Shown piece by piece: positions 36,691 to 49,989 of a stretch of 64,000 nucleotides of DNA. Numbering within the stretch: the first letter of the stretch is position 1; every line of letters begins with the position of its first letter. The position numbers were made by a program, and so were the translations under genes. The notes beneath the pieces were generated by a model that saw nothing but the letters and a program-made list of their open reading frames with translations, did not search any database and was not told where the DNA came from. Source of the DNA: Takakia lepidozioides (lineage: Eukaryota; Plantae; Bryophyta); contig CM060731.1 of NCBI GenBank assembly GCA_030704615.1, forward strand, positions 31,372,001 to 31,436,000, given 5' to 3'.

Positions 36691-39600
36691 TGCATCAATC
36701 TGATCCTAACTATCTTATTTATGGGAGTGCTAATGCTTAAGCAAAGATATTTAGAAGTCCCTAACGTAACTGAGAAATGCTAAGGAACCTATCTTTCTCT
36801 CTGCCTGCTGTTCTCAGGCATGGTGTGACTGGAGTGCAATCACAGCAACATGTGTCACATCTAAGTTTGATGGGGAGGCAGTGCTATGCATATACCTGTC
36901 CTCATAGAACTGGATAACAGTGGGCTGTGATGAGCACTATGGCATTTATGAAGTAAATCCCATACGCCTGGTACATAGAAACACTCCAGATCAATACTCC
37001 CAGGAGTATGCCCTCAAGGGTTTGTCATGGCTACATCCTTAATGAGTACATCTGTCTCTACCCTTATATATCTCTTTTTGCCATTGGCAATTGTCGATTT
37101 GAGTTGCTCCACGCGACCACAACTATCTGTGTCACATCTGTGGTAATTACGCCTCTCCATTCTGCAGCGTGAGCTCGAAGTGATTGCATGCCCTGGAACT
37201 TGCAGGGCGAGCTCTGTCATTTCCCTTGCTCCGAGGAAAATCCTGGTAGGCATTCCCCCCAAAAAAGGGTATCCCACAGGGTCTATAATATAAAGTACGC
37301 ACATATCTCTCTCTCTTATGCAGCGAATGGAAAGAAGATAGCTATATCAAATTGTCAGATACTTGGCAAACACTGAAGGAGCTGCTGGAAGTAGGACAAG
37401 TGTGTGGATTACACTCCAATGCACGCAGTTTATAAAAACAACATAGCGTGCAAAAATATACGTGTCCATACCTTTCTTCAGTATCCCTGGAAGCTGGGGA
37501 GACGTCATAGCCATCACTCGCAAGGATTTCGAACCCAGCATTACCCAACTGGATACCCAATTCAGCTCCACGTCCTGGTCCGTTAATCTGCTGCACATTG
37601 TGAAGTTTTCCGCCTGTTCACCGCAAGTTGAAAACAGGGACTTGGGTATGACCTCCCCATGAGCGCTTAAAAGGGCGGCCGAGGACGCTACCATGCTGTG
37701 ACTGTGAGAGAGCGGAGTTCCAGAGGGAAGCAAGAAGAGAGATAAAATGCAACCCAAGTGCTAATCACAAACAGGCTCTCCCCCCCCCGCAATTTGAAAG
37801 AAGCATGTCAAGAACGATGAATCAGGAAATGATGCGTTGTGTATGAGATCAACTGTAATCCAAGTGCTACCACTCGATTAGAAACAGCTCCATTTCAAGG
37901 AGGAGACAAGTAAGAGAAGCTCGAGATCGCAATGACCACCCAAGGGCTTTGTACCCTCCCCTAGGGAACATTGAGCAGAATGTTCCCAAGGAAGAAACTA
38001 CGCATTTGTAAACCTAAACGACATGCCTCGGCAGGGAAAATGTATCGGGAACAGAAGCTTCAAGCGCTTTCGTTTCCTTGAACGATGGTTACCATTGGCC
38101 CCACCTGTGATGTCAATCGTAAGGGTTGGCACTGTGCACATTATTCACAAGCATCTACAACAGTTTTCTTACCATACTCTTCTAGCTGCACCTGCTTCGG
38201 ATGGAGCAGAAAAGAGAGGAGAGAAGGGTAAGGGGGAGAGTAGAATGGGGGCCCACCACCATTGCCTGATGAGGCATGCTCTTTTACAATCTGTTTCTGA
38301 CATTCCCCCTGCTAAATGAACTTATGTGTTCATTAAGATTGGTCAGCTGTTCTGGTTGGGAAACTACTCGTTCCAGGAATATCTCTCAATCTACGTGTAT
38401 CTCATCGAAGATGGTCATCAGTGCAAATCAATCTTTCAAATGATTCCATGGTTCAGGAGCTGTTTTCTGATGTCCTGCCCCTCCAAGCTTCGAGACCAGA
38501 TTTCAATTGCTAGAAGGGAAACACAATGGCAGGATCCAGTGTCCTGCTCATCAGCGGCGGCATTGAGAGTGCAGCTCTTCTCTACCACTGGCGGTCCTCC
38601 TCTACTCTTCTCTATCCTTTGTAATCTCCGCATCTGCTCTTGTGCTCGATCTTGATCTTGCTCTTTCTCAGTTTGCTCCTAAGTGAACTCTGGGTTTTTT
38701 TGCACATTATCAGAGTCAGGTCCATGTAAGGTTTAAATATCCGAAATGGCTTACAATCATACTAGGAGCGTCTGCTTCTCTACCATACACGAGGGATACG
38801 GAGCAGCTGGAGAAGGAATGTCTCTACTAATCACGGAATTGGTCAATTGGATTTCGTGTGTGAGAGAGGTACTGTAAGAAAACAGGAAGTTGCATTGAAA
38901 GCCCTGAGAGAAAATCGTTACTTACTAAAACTCAACCTGAGGATTTTGGTGGATCTCTGCAATTCCCTTACTGGCACTGGATCATCTGTACTAATAACAT
39001 CATTGTCCCATCAACTGCTCTATATGTGTCCATTGCTGGTAGGTTTTGTAGAACTCATGTTTAATTTGAGAATAGGCTGTGACATTATGCCTTGGATTTG
39101 TTTTTCTTGATGAGATGAAATGGTGGGATTGGAGGTACATAAACTATGGTCAGAAGGGTGCTGCCATGGAAGAGCAGGCTTGTACTAAGCTTTGCAATCG
39201 GCTTGACCTCCAGCTTGGCTGCATTGACATGTCCTCTGTAAGTCTCCTTTTTCACGTGAGAAAACCTATGTTCTAGAGGTCATTATGTACGTCAATTGAT
39301 GGAAGGATAGTGGCTGTCACTTAAGTTTCAGGCACAGGCAGAAGTCCAGCTGCATTGCCGAAGGTCATCTTCCATGACATAGCCGTACTAATGTCATGAA
39401 GAAATTATCATGGGGTGGTCAGTAAGAGGTTCCTTCCTTAGTGGAAAGTGGGGCTGGGGGGTGTGGTGTTGGGAGTTGGTGAAATCACAGCCAGAGATCA
39501 CTTGCTTGAAATGGGTGGAGTGGCAGGTTGGAGAAGCATTTAGGGGGCTGCAGTATCCAGCAAGGCCACATGTGCCCTTGCCACACAGAAATCTGATGAT

Positions 39601-41139
39601 TCTGGCGCTTGGCACCAGCTATGCCTCCCAGGTTTTTATCTATAGCATTTTGTAGAAACCAACTGAATTCTGAGTTCATAACTTGTTTATGAGAATGGAT
39701 TTCTCCAGTGATTGCTTTAGGCAACTTCCAGGGACGTCAGTTCTGACCTTATGAGGATGTCCTTGCTATACTCATCTGTCATGTGCCAATGAGAGTCCTT
39801 GTATAGCCACCACTCTCTATTCTCTCAGGATGGGACTCTCGTTTCAGTCAAGTTTATTACGATACTTGGCATGTCTTGGAGATGTGCTAGCTAATATTAT
39901 TGTTTATCTTTGCTAGTGAGGTTCCTTCGAGTTTCACTGGCTGTCAGAAAGGGCGAATAATTGGCCATTGTTTGGATCAGACAGTACTGGGGCATGCATT
40001 CATGTGCTTTGGAGCACCAGTGCTTTAATAATCTCCACGGACACTATGAGAGAGATTGTCCTTATTGTGCATTTATGGAGAGTTGAATGATGGGGGGTGG
40101 CATGATTGTGATTGAAGATAGGGTCAAGAGTTATTGCATTGGCACTCAACAAAGATGACCTTGGCACCTATTCAAGGTTTTTCCATCCCATACCGTGGTT
40201 CTTCTTCCTTCTTTTGTCCTGGGATTGGCCTTTACCCCCTTTATGATGGCTTTTCATCCGGGGAGTTGTGCAAGTATATTGCAATAGGGGGGATGGGCAG
40301 GGCGCTTGTGTCAATAAAGTTCTCATCTACGAATTTGGCTATGCAGCTCATCACAGTCATTTCTGGACAGCTTTCGAGCCACTGTAGCCACTTTGCAGCC
40401 TTCTGTGACACTGATTGCTCCCCTAAGGTCCGTTCCAAATTTTGTCCGGCGATATGGTTCCTCACTTTCATATCATAGGAAGCAACAGTAGAAGTAGGAA
40501 GAGCATTAGTGGTTCCCTGAACATGACTCCTTTGGACAATCAACTCATACAAACAGATTTGAGCTCAAAGCCTCACTCCCTTAGTCTCTTGCCCTTAGTA
40601 GTATTTCCTGCAACAAAAGAAGGTGAAGTGGCCTCACCTGGATCCATCACAGCCAACCAACCAACCAACAGGTTAGTGATCCCTATGGAACCCCAGGCTT
40701 AAACCGAACAATGGGTACACAACTTAGCAGCACCTATTTCAGCCCATGCTCCAGGGGGAGGGGGTGGTTCATGTCAGTAAGCACCCGTTCCCAAAAGGAA
40801 GGTGTTCCTAGAGCGAAGTACTCAAGCAAAGGGACACATACAGGCCTTTAGCTTGCAAAAGTAGTGATTATAGATTCAGATAGAGCATAGTCAAGTCCAT
40901 GTAAGTTAGTGATTCACGAGCTATCCACTTAGCAGATTTTCGGATTCTGAACTCCCGACATGTTTTAACTCCAGGCCGCCACTTTTTATAAACACAGATC
41001 TTAATAAACATACTTAGGTATTAAGAACAAATGAATTCATTTGTTATACCCTTCATTCTAGAGACTTCTAGAAACATAGGGTTCCCTAATGAAAAAAATA
41101 GGCTGCAATTTATTTTAATTTAGCCTAATCCCAGGATTT

Positions 41140-41166
<27 letters not shown>

Positions 41167-41171
<5 letters not shown>

Positions 41172-44100
41172 CTCATAAGACATTGTTTGCCGTAGCCTTG
41201 TGGCCATTGACCCCGCGCCCAGTTTGAACGGAACATGAAGGGACAGAAACTACGTTTGTCAGGGGCTGACTCCGGTAGTATGATTTACCTTGGAATAAAC
41301 AATTGATCCGAGATTTCCAGATATCCTCCAGAAATCCCTTCACACAAGCATCAATCTGATGTGTGTGATTTACCCAATAGCTAGACCCCAAAAGGGCCTG
41401 GGCTTTTGGCTCAGCCTCAAGATTTTCAAAGTTGTTAAACAGAGGTACAGGCACAATTTCCTTGATGGAATTGAAGAGGGTGTCCCGTTGGTGAGAATCA
41501 GGAAGTGAATATTGTCTTCAGGTTGCCCACACAACGGGCACTTACAATCCCCCTTTCCTCTCTGCGACTGTTTGTTGTTCAAAGGTAGGCTACCCGCCCT
41601 GAGTTTGAATTTCAGTCTAGTGCCAAGGGTGGGTAGACCCTTGAGGTCATCCATGATGGCCTCACCCATGTCACAGACTGGAAACAGGTTCAGGGAAGTT
41701 TTCTGCCTAACTTCATTTTCTTCAGACAATTTCCTGGCAATAGACATGGCTTCGGAAACTTCAGCTTCTAAGCCAGATTTATCCAGCAGGGTCATGGCTA
41801 GTGGACTAAGATTCAGATCCTTGAAAATCTCTTCTACCCTTTTCCGCCAGGATTTAGCCTGCTTGACAGGACGGTCCTGCTTCCAAGATATCGAGTCGAT
41901 TAACTTAGGATATCTGGTATTAGCTATACGTTGCAGCTGACCCCACCATCTGATTCTGAATTCATCGGTCGGGAGCTTAAGGGAGGAATGCCAAACCCAC
42001 CCCGAACAGCCACATTAGCTGTTTTGGAGCATGCTGACATGCACTCCTTGAGCACCCCGACTTGGATGGATTCAAGAGACTTAGCCTGGTTGGAGTTATC
42101 AACCCATACAGCAGATGCATACTCCAAGGCCGGCCTGATAACGCGGCAAAGCATGGTTTGTTTGACTTCAGAGTTGATCCCTCTGCAGCGGAAAAGTTTA
42201 GTGAGACCCAGCGCTTTGCGTTTGCCAGATTGAACCACTCTTTGAATATGTGCTTCCCAATTACAGTTGGAGGAAAACTCAACGCCAAGATAGGTGTAGG
42301 AGGGGAGAACAGGGATCTCTTGGCTTCCCCACTGCCACTTGAGATCGCCTCCTCCTTCCCCCCGGTCGTTGAATGCCACCACTGCGCATTTACTGACATT
42401 GGCCTCTAGCCCCCAAAGATTAAAGTATCTCTTCGCGCAATCTATCAGCCCCTGGAGGTTGGAAGGAGTCTCCCCTATGCCTGCGAAGTCATCCGCAAAC
42501 ATAATGGCATCACCCACCCTTAACCCAAATCCCTCACTTTCCACATCCTCCAGTAGTAGATTGATGAAAACATTGAAGAGCAGAGGGGAGAGGGTACATC
42601 CTTGAGCTACACCTTGGTCTATGTCAAAGTAGACTTCTGTCCATTAACAGTGACACAGCTTTTAGTGTGAGCATACAAGTTATGGACCACTCTCCACATC
42701 TTTCCCTTGATCCCAGAAGACCAGAGTCGGAGCCATAGACCGTCTCTCCACACAGTGTCATAGGCCTTTTTGACATCCAGGAAAAGACAAAAGTAGGTTT
42801 CCCTTCTTTTTTCCTTCCCTGGATAATCTGGCTGAGTGTATATGATCCACGCAGCCCCTGTTTCGCCGAAAGCCAGCTTGGCCTTCATGGAAACAACCTC
42901 TGGACTCCAGATCAACCTCGAGACGAGTACTTATAACTCTGCAGAATATCTTGCCACCAACTGCATTAAGAGCATGATGCCCCGATAGTTACCCGGCTCT
43001 TCTCTGTCACCTTTCTTATATAAATTGACAATGACCCCCTTCCGCCAGCGAAAGGGGGTAATTTCAGTCCTCTATATAAGGTTAAAGAGAAGAACAAGGG
43101 CCTCTATAATAGGGTCACCACCATGCTTGATAAGCCCATTGACAATGCCATCAGGGCCACCAGCTTTGTATCCGTTTAGATGCTCAATTGCTTCCGCAAT
43201 CTCAGAGGAACTAATGGGAGCGTTATAACCCTTTGAAATATACTCCAGTTCATCAGGGCTGTCTTGAATCATAGACACAGTTCTTTCTACTGTGTCATTC
43301 CATTCTTCAGAAAACGCCTCGCTGCTAGAACTAGAATTTCTGCCAAGTGTACTTTAGTGGGTTTCAAAGGTGTTGACAATGTCAGCTGTTGAAGTCAGCA
43401 CTGCACCCTTAGGGGTCCTCAGCGCTTGTACTTGCTGACAATTTTTCGGCTTGTACAGACGATGAAGGGCCAACCAGAATTTCTTGTCATTACCACCGTG
43501 GTGGTTTGAGTTTATTTCCCCGTATAACTTATCCCAATATAGTTTCTTCTGAGACCTTACAAGCTGATTGATATCTTTGCGGAGCTGGTAGTACACCGCT
43601 TGGGGGCAGCCCCTCCGCCCAAAATGGGCAGTTGCATGCTCTGTCTGCTCGGCACTTGGGCTAGGGTTGGTCCTTGTGCTTAAACTTACAGCCTGCGAAT
43701 ACAGAAAAAATATTTGGCCACTCCGATAATAACACTACTCAGGGTGATTCCTGGGAAATGGTTACTTATGCCAAATCTAGAGCTTCATGTGCAGTTTTTG
43801 GGGCGAATCCCAGGATGGACGATGTGTCCTTTAAAACTACCTGCTCCAGCTTAGGCTTGGATTATGTGGCTAATGGCACCATCTCAAGATTGGATAACAG
43901 AGGTACTTTGAAGGTTTCATTGCCTAAATCTGCTACAAATAGAATCCCACATCAAATCAGCTTCAAAGAAATTTGCCAATTGACTTGTTGGAGGGCGGTC
44001 TTAGACATTGGTGATTCAATGAGGCGCTCTAGGAAGACAGTCAAGTGTGGGGACTTCAACTTGAAAGTTTCTAACCGGTTTGAAGCCCTGGAAGAGATTG

Positions 44101-45836
44101 ATACAAAGCAGCCTTAGTTGGCCCTATGTGTGCTGAGACTGAGCGTCAGAAACCTGAAGGATTTGGCACTCTGAATGGATTGCAGGTTTACTCTAGAAGA
44201 ATTAAATCTTCACCAAGGATTTGGCACTCTGAATGGTTTGCCAATCCTTAAGGTTTACTCTAGAAGAATTAAATCTTCGCCTGAAGGATTTGGCACTCTG
44301 CATGGTTTGCCAATCCTTAAGGTTTACTCTAGACGCCCAAAATCTACACATGGGGCAACTGATCCCCCTTTACAGAGCGGTTGGTCGTCCAGGAGCAATC
44401 ATAGGCTCCCTAGACGGCAAACAATCCATATGCAAAAGGCTGGCTTGCGGCTGGGCACTTTCAACTTCTCGGGGTTGACTAACCAAAGGAAACAATTTGA
44501 AGTGGGACAAGTTCTTCAGTCAAATGGTATTCATATCTGTGCTGGGCAAGAGACATGGGAAACTTCGGACAAACTGGTTGGAGATGTCAACGGCTACCGT
44601 TGGTTTGGCAAGATGTGTGTGCTTAAGGTGACCTCTGCCAAGCGTGGGCAAAAAGGTGTTGGCTTCTTTGTCCGAGATTTCTTGTGTGACAATTGTGAAA
44701 TTATGAACAAGGATTTGCGGTATGAGCACAGTATCTGGCTGAAACTGAAATTGAAGGGCAGCGTGAGTAGGAAGGACCTCTTTGTGGGATGTATTTACAT
44801 GCCCACAGAGGGGACCCTTGGTGCTGACGCAGATAAAGCCTTTGACGACGTAAAGCTGGACTGTGCTAAGTTCCTCGCCAAGGGTCAGGTGGTCTTATTG
44901 GGTGACTTCAATGCCCCGGTGGGTAAAGGTCTTCACCAATGATATCATCGGACCTTTTGGTGAGGACGAGCTGAACTCTAATGGAAGACGGTTAATTAAC
45001 TGTCTGGAAGAGCTTCAGCTTTCGACCCTGAACAATAGGTCAAAAGGTGACCCGATGCAGTGGACCCGTGAGAAAACCCAAACTGGGGAACGATCCATTG
45101 TGGATTATATCATAGTGGACAAGAATCTGTTTCCCCAGTGTGCCAATGTGTTAATTGACAGAACTGATATTGGTACCTCTGACCACTTTCTGGTTTGGAC
45201 TGAGATCAAAAGGTGTTTCCCCAACAGCAAGAGATCTGTGAAACGTTCGATCCAGAAGTGGCGCATTGAAAAATTCCGAAATGAAGAGGTCAAGGCTGAG
45301 TATGTCCAGGCCTTGCAAGAGGCTCTGCCCAACTTTGTCCATTCGCTCCAAGACCTTCAATCTCGTGCTGGCAATGCAAGAAATGAAGTCGAAAGAGCGG
45401 TGGACCCTTGGGAGAGTTTCGTCTCTCTTCTGTGGCTGAAAAGATCATTGGGAGGAAACTAATTGTCTGCGGTAGAGCTGTTAATTGGTGGACCAATTAG
45501 ATCAAACTCAAGATTGCCGAGAGACGAGCGCTCTATAAAGAGTGCTGCAGAATGAAAGTCAATAATGACCTTTGGGTTAGGTAGGGGTCCACTTGTTACC
45601 TTTAGAGATCACCACTCCAGAGGAGCTGCAGGGAATGGCCCGCGTAGACTTGTTCTAAAGAGGGAGAGGCCCCAGACTCTCCAACTAAATCCAATGTACT
45701 ACCTTACCCAAAGCAGAGTGCTTCAGGTCAAAACAAACCAAGACACGAGGTCGCAAGGCCGGCATTTAGTCACAGAGACATTTATCTACTCCCATTTCAA
45801 GTCCACCCAATGTCGATAGGCTTCCTAGAGGGCAGG
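41167..45836 (-). mobile_element. Near-full-length APE-type LINE (RTEX/L2-Crack-like) with an internal 2-kb inversion, flanked by (GA)n
   Basis: RT motifs KAGGPDG, DVKKAYDTV, QGCTLSP, MFADDF and YTYLG, plus C-terminal CPLC...EDNIHFL, on - (41173-43594). APE motifs GTFN, QETW, GDFNA, DYII and SDH on + (44430-45200). 5' UTR on - at 45583-45836. (GA)13 at 41141-41166 and (GA)11 at 45837-45858. Confidence 0.92.
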
Positions 45837-47607
45837 GAGAGAGAGAGAGAGAGAGAGAGGCAATGCTGATGCTGAGTGGGTTGATTGTGTGCAGCCATCT
45901 TACAAAGGCACAGGTAGTGACGTTTGCAAAACACCTGGGTGTGCCTTTCTCTGACACCTATTGCTGCATGGTAGGCCATTGTGGCCGGTGCCACCAGGTA
46001 CACCTTAGCTCTATATCTCACAAACTATAGCTGGAACAAGTTTTAGTTCAGTGATTGCATTAAATTTCGTGATTGCATGTGGGGATTTCTCGCCCTGTTC
46101 ATAAGCCTCTGGTGAGTTCTTGGTGTGCAATTCTCTCTCTGGAGGAAACTATCACTCTGAACTCTCTGCTATTGCCCCTCTGTATGAATGTCTTCATCTA
46201 GCTTCTCATTTACAAACTGTAAGACGAAGTATGCAGTGATGATGTGTGCTTGATGTACCAGTGCAAGCTGCGGCGGGGAAGCCTTTTTCTGCTGTTTCTG
46301 TGGAAGAACCTCCTGGCTTCTACGAGGCTTGAGAACCAAGCTGTGTACAGAAAATATTCCTAGCAGAGTGTTTCTGTATTCCTAGCAGAGTAGAAGAAGG
46401 CGACCTTGAGAATTGCGCTTTGGCCAATCACAGTGTCGTTGTTACTGGACGTTGCAGCCTGCATGGATGAGATCTTCAAGGAGCATGGACCATGAAGGTA
46501 CATTTCAATTGGGTTACACCAGCGGAAGAAGCACCAAAAATTGATATCCTAAACCATTTTAGACGAAAAAACCACAGTAATTTATAATCACTATAATATC
46601 TTAGCCATAATTGGCCATTATGGTTTTTTTGTTAAAATGGTTTACTGAACGTTGCAGCCTGCATAAATGGTGCTTCCGTCACACAGGGTAGAAGTATCCG
46701 CAGTGGCTCTCTCACACTGAGCCTTCCCTTTTTGGAAGAATTATGTGGTTCAGGCCTCCATTGAGGCTCAATGTTAGCCACAATGGGAGTCACAAATTAC
46801 TATAAAAGGAAGTGGGGCCATCATGCATCCATCAAAGCTTAGATATTCAAACTCCAGTCACAGTAATTGAATGGACTACACTGAAAAAGTATTCAAAACA
46901 GAACATGCTTTTGAGGTGATTGTTTCCTCCCCAATCTCTCCTGGGCTTTGTCTCTTCTCTGGAAAAAACTTGGCTCTGTACATTCACTGGACCTTAAAGA
47001 AACTTTATCCCTTCTCCGGAAAAAAGAGAGAAAAAAAACGATAAAAAACATGTGTCAGATGAGATGAAGCGCCAAAGGATGATTTCCTTATTGGAAAATA
47101 TGACAATAATTCAATCATTAAAATAACAGTGTGCCACAACTGGTGCTTCTATTCATGTCTTGACACTGCAATCGGCTCAACGACGTGGCTCCCCATTATG
47201 TGCAGGAATGCCTCATGAACGACTTTCATAGGATCAGTGTTAGACAACTCAGGCCACATCAGCATAACAAATGGCAGTGGGCAGTTTAGTGGTAAATGCA
47301 TTGTTGCTATGCACCATCCTCACTATACAAACTTTGCATGTGTGACTTGCATACTACAGTATGGTTGAAAATCTCTGAAAGAACCATTTCAAGAAGGTGG
47401 TTTAAGTCATGATAACCTTATTGAAGGTAATTTTGAGTTAACAATCTCAAAGTCATTATGACAAGGCTACAAGATCCAGAGGTGGCGCCTGGCCGTGCAA
47501 GACTAATGAACCAAGCGGAAGTTTCGAAAACATAATCTGTCAATATCAAACATGCTAGATTGCACCAATGATGAAATGTCCAATTATGTACGATATAGTA
47601 CTTACTA

Positions 47608-48192
47608 CTTACCTAGCTTATTAGGCACTTCCGTGCCTAATAATTAATAAAAATGGAATATTATTAGGCAGATTCGTTTTTATTATTTAGGCACCTCACC
47701 TAGGTAATATCCAAACATTAGGCATGTATTTTTTTTGGTGAAAGGTCTGAGCATGTATTACAGTCGACCCTGGATAATAATGAACAATTGTTTTTCTTAC
47801 CCCCCTCAAAACTATTGTTGAGGTAATTTAAAAAAAAAAAAGCCATAATGGTTTTGAAAATAGATATTACCTCAACAATTGTTTTTGAGAAGATTCACAT
47901 GAGATAGGTGATGAGACTTATGAGGATGTAGTTGCATCAATGCAGGGCCCTTTGGAATTGTGTGGACATGAAATTTTAAATTGTAGGTATTTTTGCCTTT
48001 TTTTTTACTTTAAATAAATATAATTTAGGCCTTTTTCCACATATATAGACATTTTGGTGTTTTTCACAATTTTTGAGCAATTAGGCACTTCTCAGGTATT
48101 TTTTTCCAAGTTTTAGGCACAGTTTCCAAATATGTTCTAAAATTAATTAGGCACTTGATTTTGAATTAATTACCCCTAATAAGCTAGGTAAG
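47608..48192. mobile_element. TA-flanked MITE
   Basis: TIR CTTACCTAGCTTATTAGG / CCTAATAAGCTAGGTAAG with TA on both sides; the internal AATCTGCCTAATAA motif is shared with the 27152 MITE. Confidence 0.8.
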
Positions 48193-49104
48193 TACGGTAG
48201 GTTGAGTCTATGATAAGGTTGTAGGAACCAGTGGTGGTCTTACACCCAAGTTTTAAGATGGGTATAACCCAGTTCAAAGCACGGGAATTAACCCCTAAAC
48301 GTCCACCAGGCCCAAATTGGGCCTCGACAGGTTTTCTTTTGCTCATATTTTTTGCCGATCTTGATGGAATTTGCCCAAAGTTGGACCGTGGAGTTGCTGG
48401 CAGCGTGTAGTTTACAGATCCAAGCTCTGATTGCCATAATTTGTGCAAGGTCACTGGGTAAGCAAAACTCTAAACCTGCTTTTGAGTTTCATGGTACTTG
48501 TGAGGGCAATGCAGAGAGTGTGTCCCCTCTCTACTTGCTTCGAAGTTCACAAGTGGAGGGGCGCGGTGTCGCTGGGCATAGTCAAGGTTTGGAATATTTC
48601 GGTGTCTTGGGTTGCACTGTCAAGGTGAAAGCAACTGACTTGAGTCTGCTAGACCTTGCAAGCTCCTCTGTGGCAATTCACTTCCGCTATGGTACTGTAA
48701 TTAACGTTAGTTGGGACATTGATGAAGCCCAAGAGATTTACCTTGTATCTTTTGTTGGTGGTATCGCTGTGCACTTTGTCAATTCATGTCTGTGTGTGCT
48801 TTTAGATGAAGGTAGTAGTGGGTGCATTATTGAGGAAATGCTAGGGCTTGAATTTGTCAATGTTCCTGAGAATGACCATGGGGAGAGCCACACATGAGGT
48901 GGTGCTTATGACCTACCAGAAAATTGGGAAGATTGGCCAGCAAAGCTGCTATTCGTTGATGATATGTGGAATTGTGAGACGAATTCCTTGCCAGAGGTAA
49001 TGTGGACTAATGGGGATTTAGGTCCAAACATACCTAACATGACTAACACTGTTTTTTTTTTCATATTTCCAAAATCGTTGGCGGGGCCACCTGTGAATTT
49101 CAAA

Positions 49105-49337
49105 TGGCTACATGCAGAGAGAACACCAATGAATGTACCCTCATTTGGCTTCACACCTTTCAATTGCATCAGTTCAAACAGTTGGAGAGCCTCGTGACCA
49201 CGCCCATGTTGAGCATATCCTATAATCATCGCAGTCCATGAGACCACATCTGGTTTAAGAATTTTGTCGAACACCTCCCATGCATCTACACTCCCACATT
49301 TGGTATACATATCAATGAGGGCACTCCTGACACAGAT
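49105..49337 (-). pseudogene. Isolated PPR fragment (S-P2-partial L2)
   Basis: SALIDMYTKCGSVDAWEVFDKILKPDVVSWTAMIIGYAQHGRGHEALQLFELMQLKGVKPNEGTFIGVLSACSH, abutting unrelated sequence on both sides. Confidence 0.85.
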
Positions 49338-49601
49338 ATGAAGGACAAAGTCCACCTTTATGATCCTTTATCATCACGACATAGGGTCGGCACTAGAGTT
49401 GTCACTGGTGTGCCTGACAAAGACACATATAACTGTCGAGTTATTCCTGAAGGCATGTACCGTGTTGAGGTCCAGTATGTCCATGTTTCACATTGTGTGT
49501 TGCCTCATCCTAATGAGGAAGATGACCCACCGCAAACCGAATTGGACCACGTCCTTGGTAGGAACACCCTTTGGCCAGAGAAGAACCTGAGGAGGGGTTA
49601 G
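49338..49601 (+). pseudogene. C-terminal Tnp1/En-Spm-like (CACTA ORF2-associated) domain fragment
   Basis: VHL...VG...IPEGMYRVEVQYV....LPHP......L..VLG...LWP pattern, typical of CACTA-associated Tnp1-like C-termini (recognised by eye). Confidence 0.6.
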
Positions 49602-49989
49602 AAGAATAGTTCGACCGGGCATAAACATTGCTGGCAGTGAGGAAAAGGTAGGAAAGTAGTTCATGGCTTTTAGCATGCTTGCGGAGACGTAGTGTAGATG
49701 TAGTATGTCACCCTTGTTCATGGCTGGATTCTGTTGACTCTGTTCCTGCACTTTCTCTCTTGGATTCTATTGTGTTTTTTGAATGGTGAATCTTCAAGAG
49801 TATTTGGGTATGCATATTCGCTTGGAATGTATGGGAAATGTATGAGAATGTATGAATCGCTTGCACACCACTCTATTAGTAGTATATGTGAGACTGTCAC
49901 AGTAGGCAAGAGTGGTTGTACGCCTCCAGATGCAGCCCTAACCACTAACATACCACTCTGGCAGTAATAATTCCAATATACGGTCCCTT

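Noticed and set aside
36950-37760. Possible two-exon gene (ORFs 37347-37757 and 37014-37304, -)
   Set aside because: Plausible splice signals, but no recognisable protein family and an early stop; cannot be supported without transcripts.
38000-40750. Possible very old LINE (LTET- and TDHP-like motifs on -)
   Set aside because: The motifs are too short and scattered to call with confidence.
48352-48897. 181-aa plus-strand ORF
   Set aside because: Non-ATG start and no motifs; probably the antisense of decayed repeat sequence.
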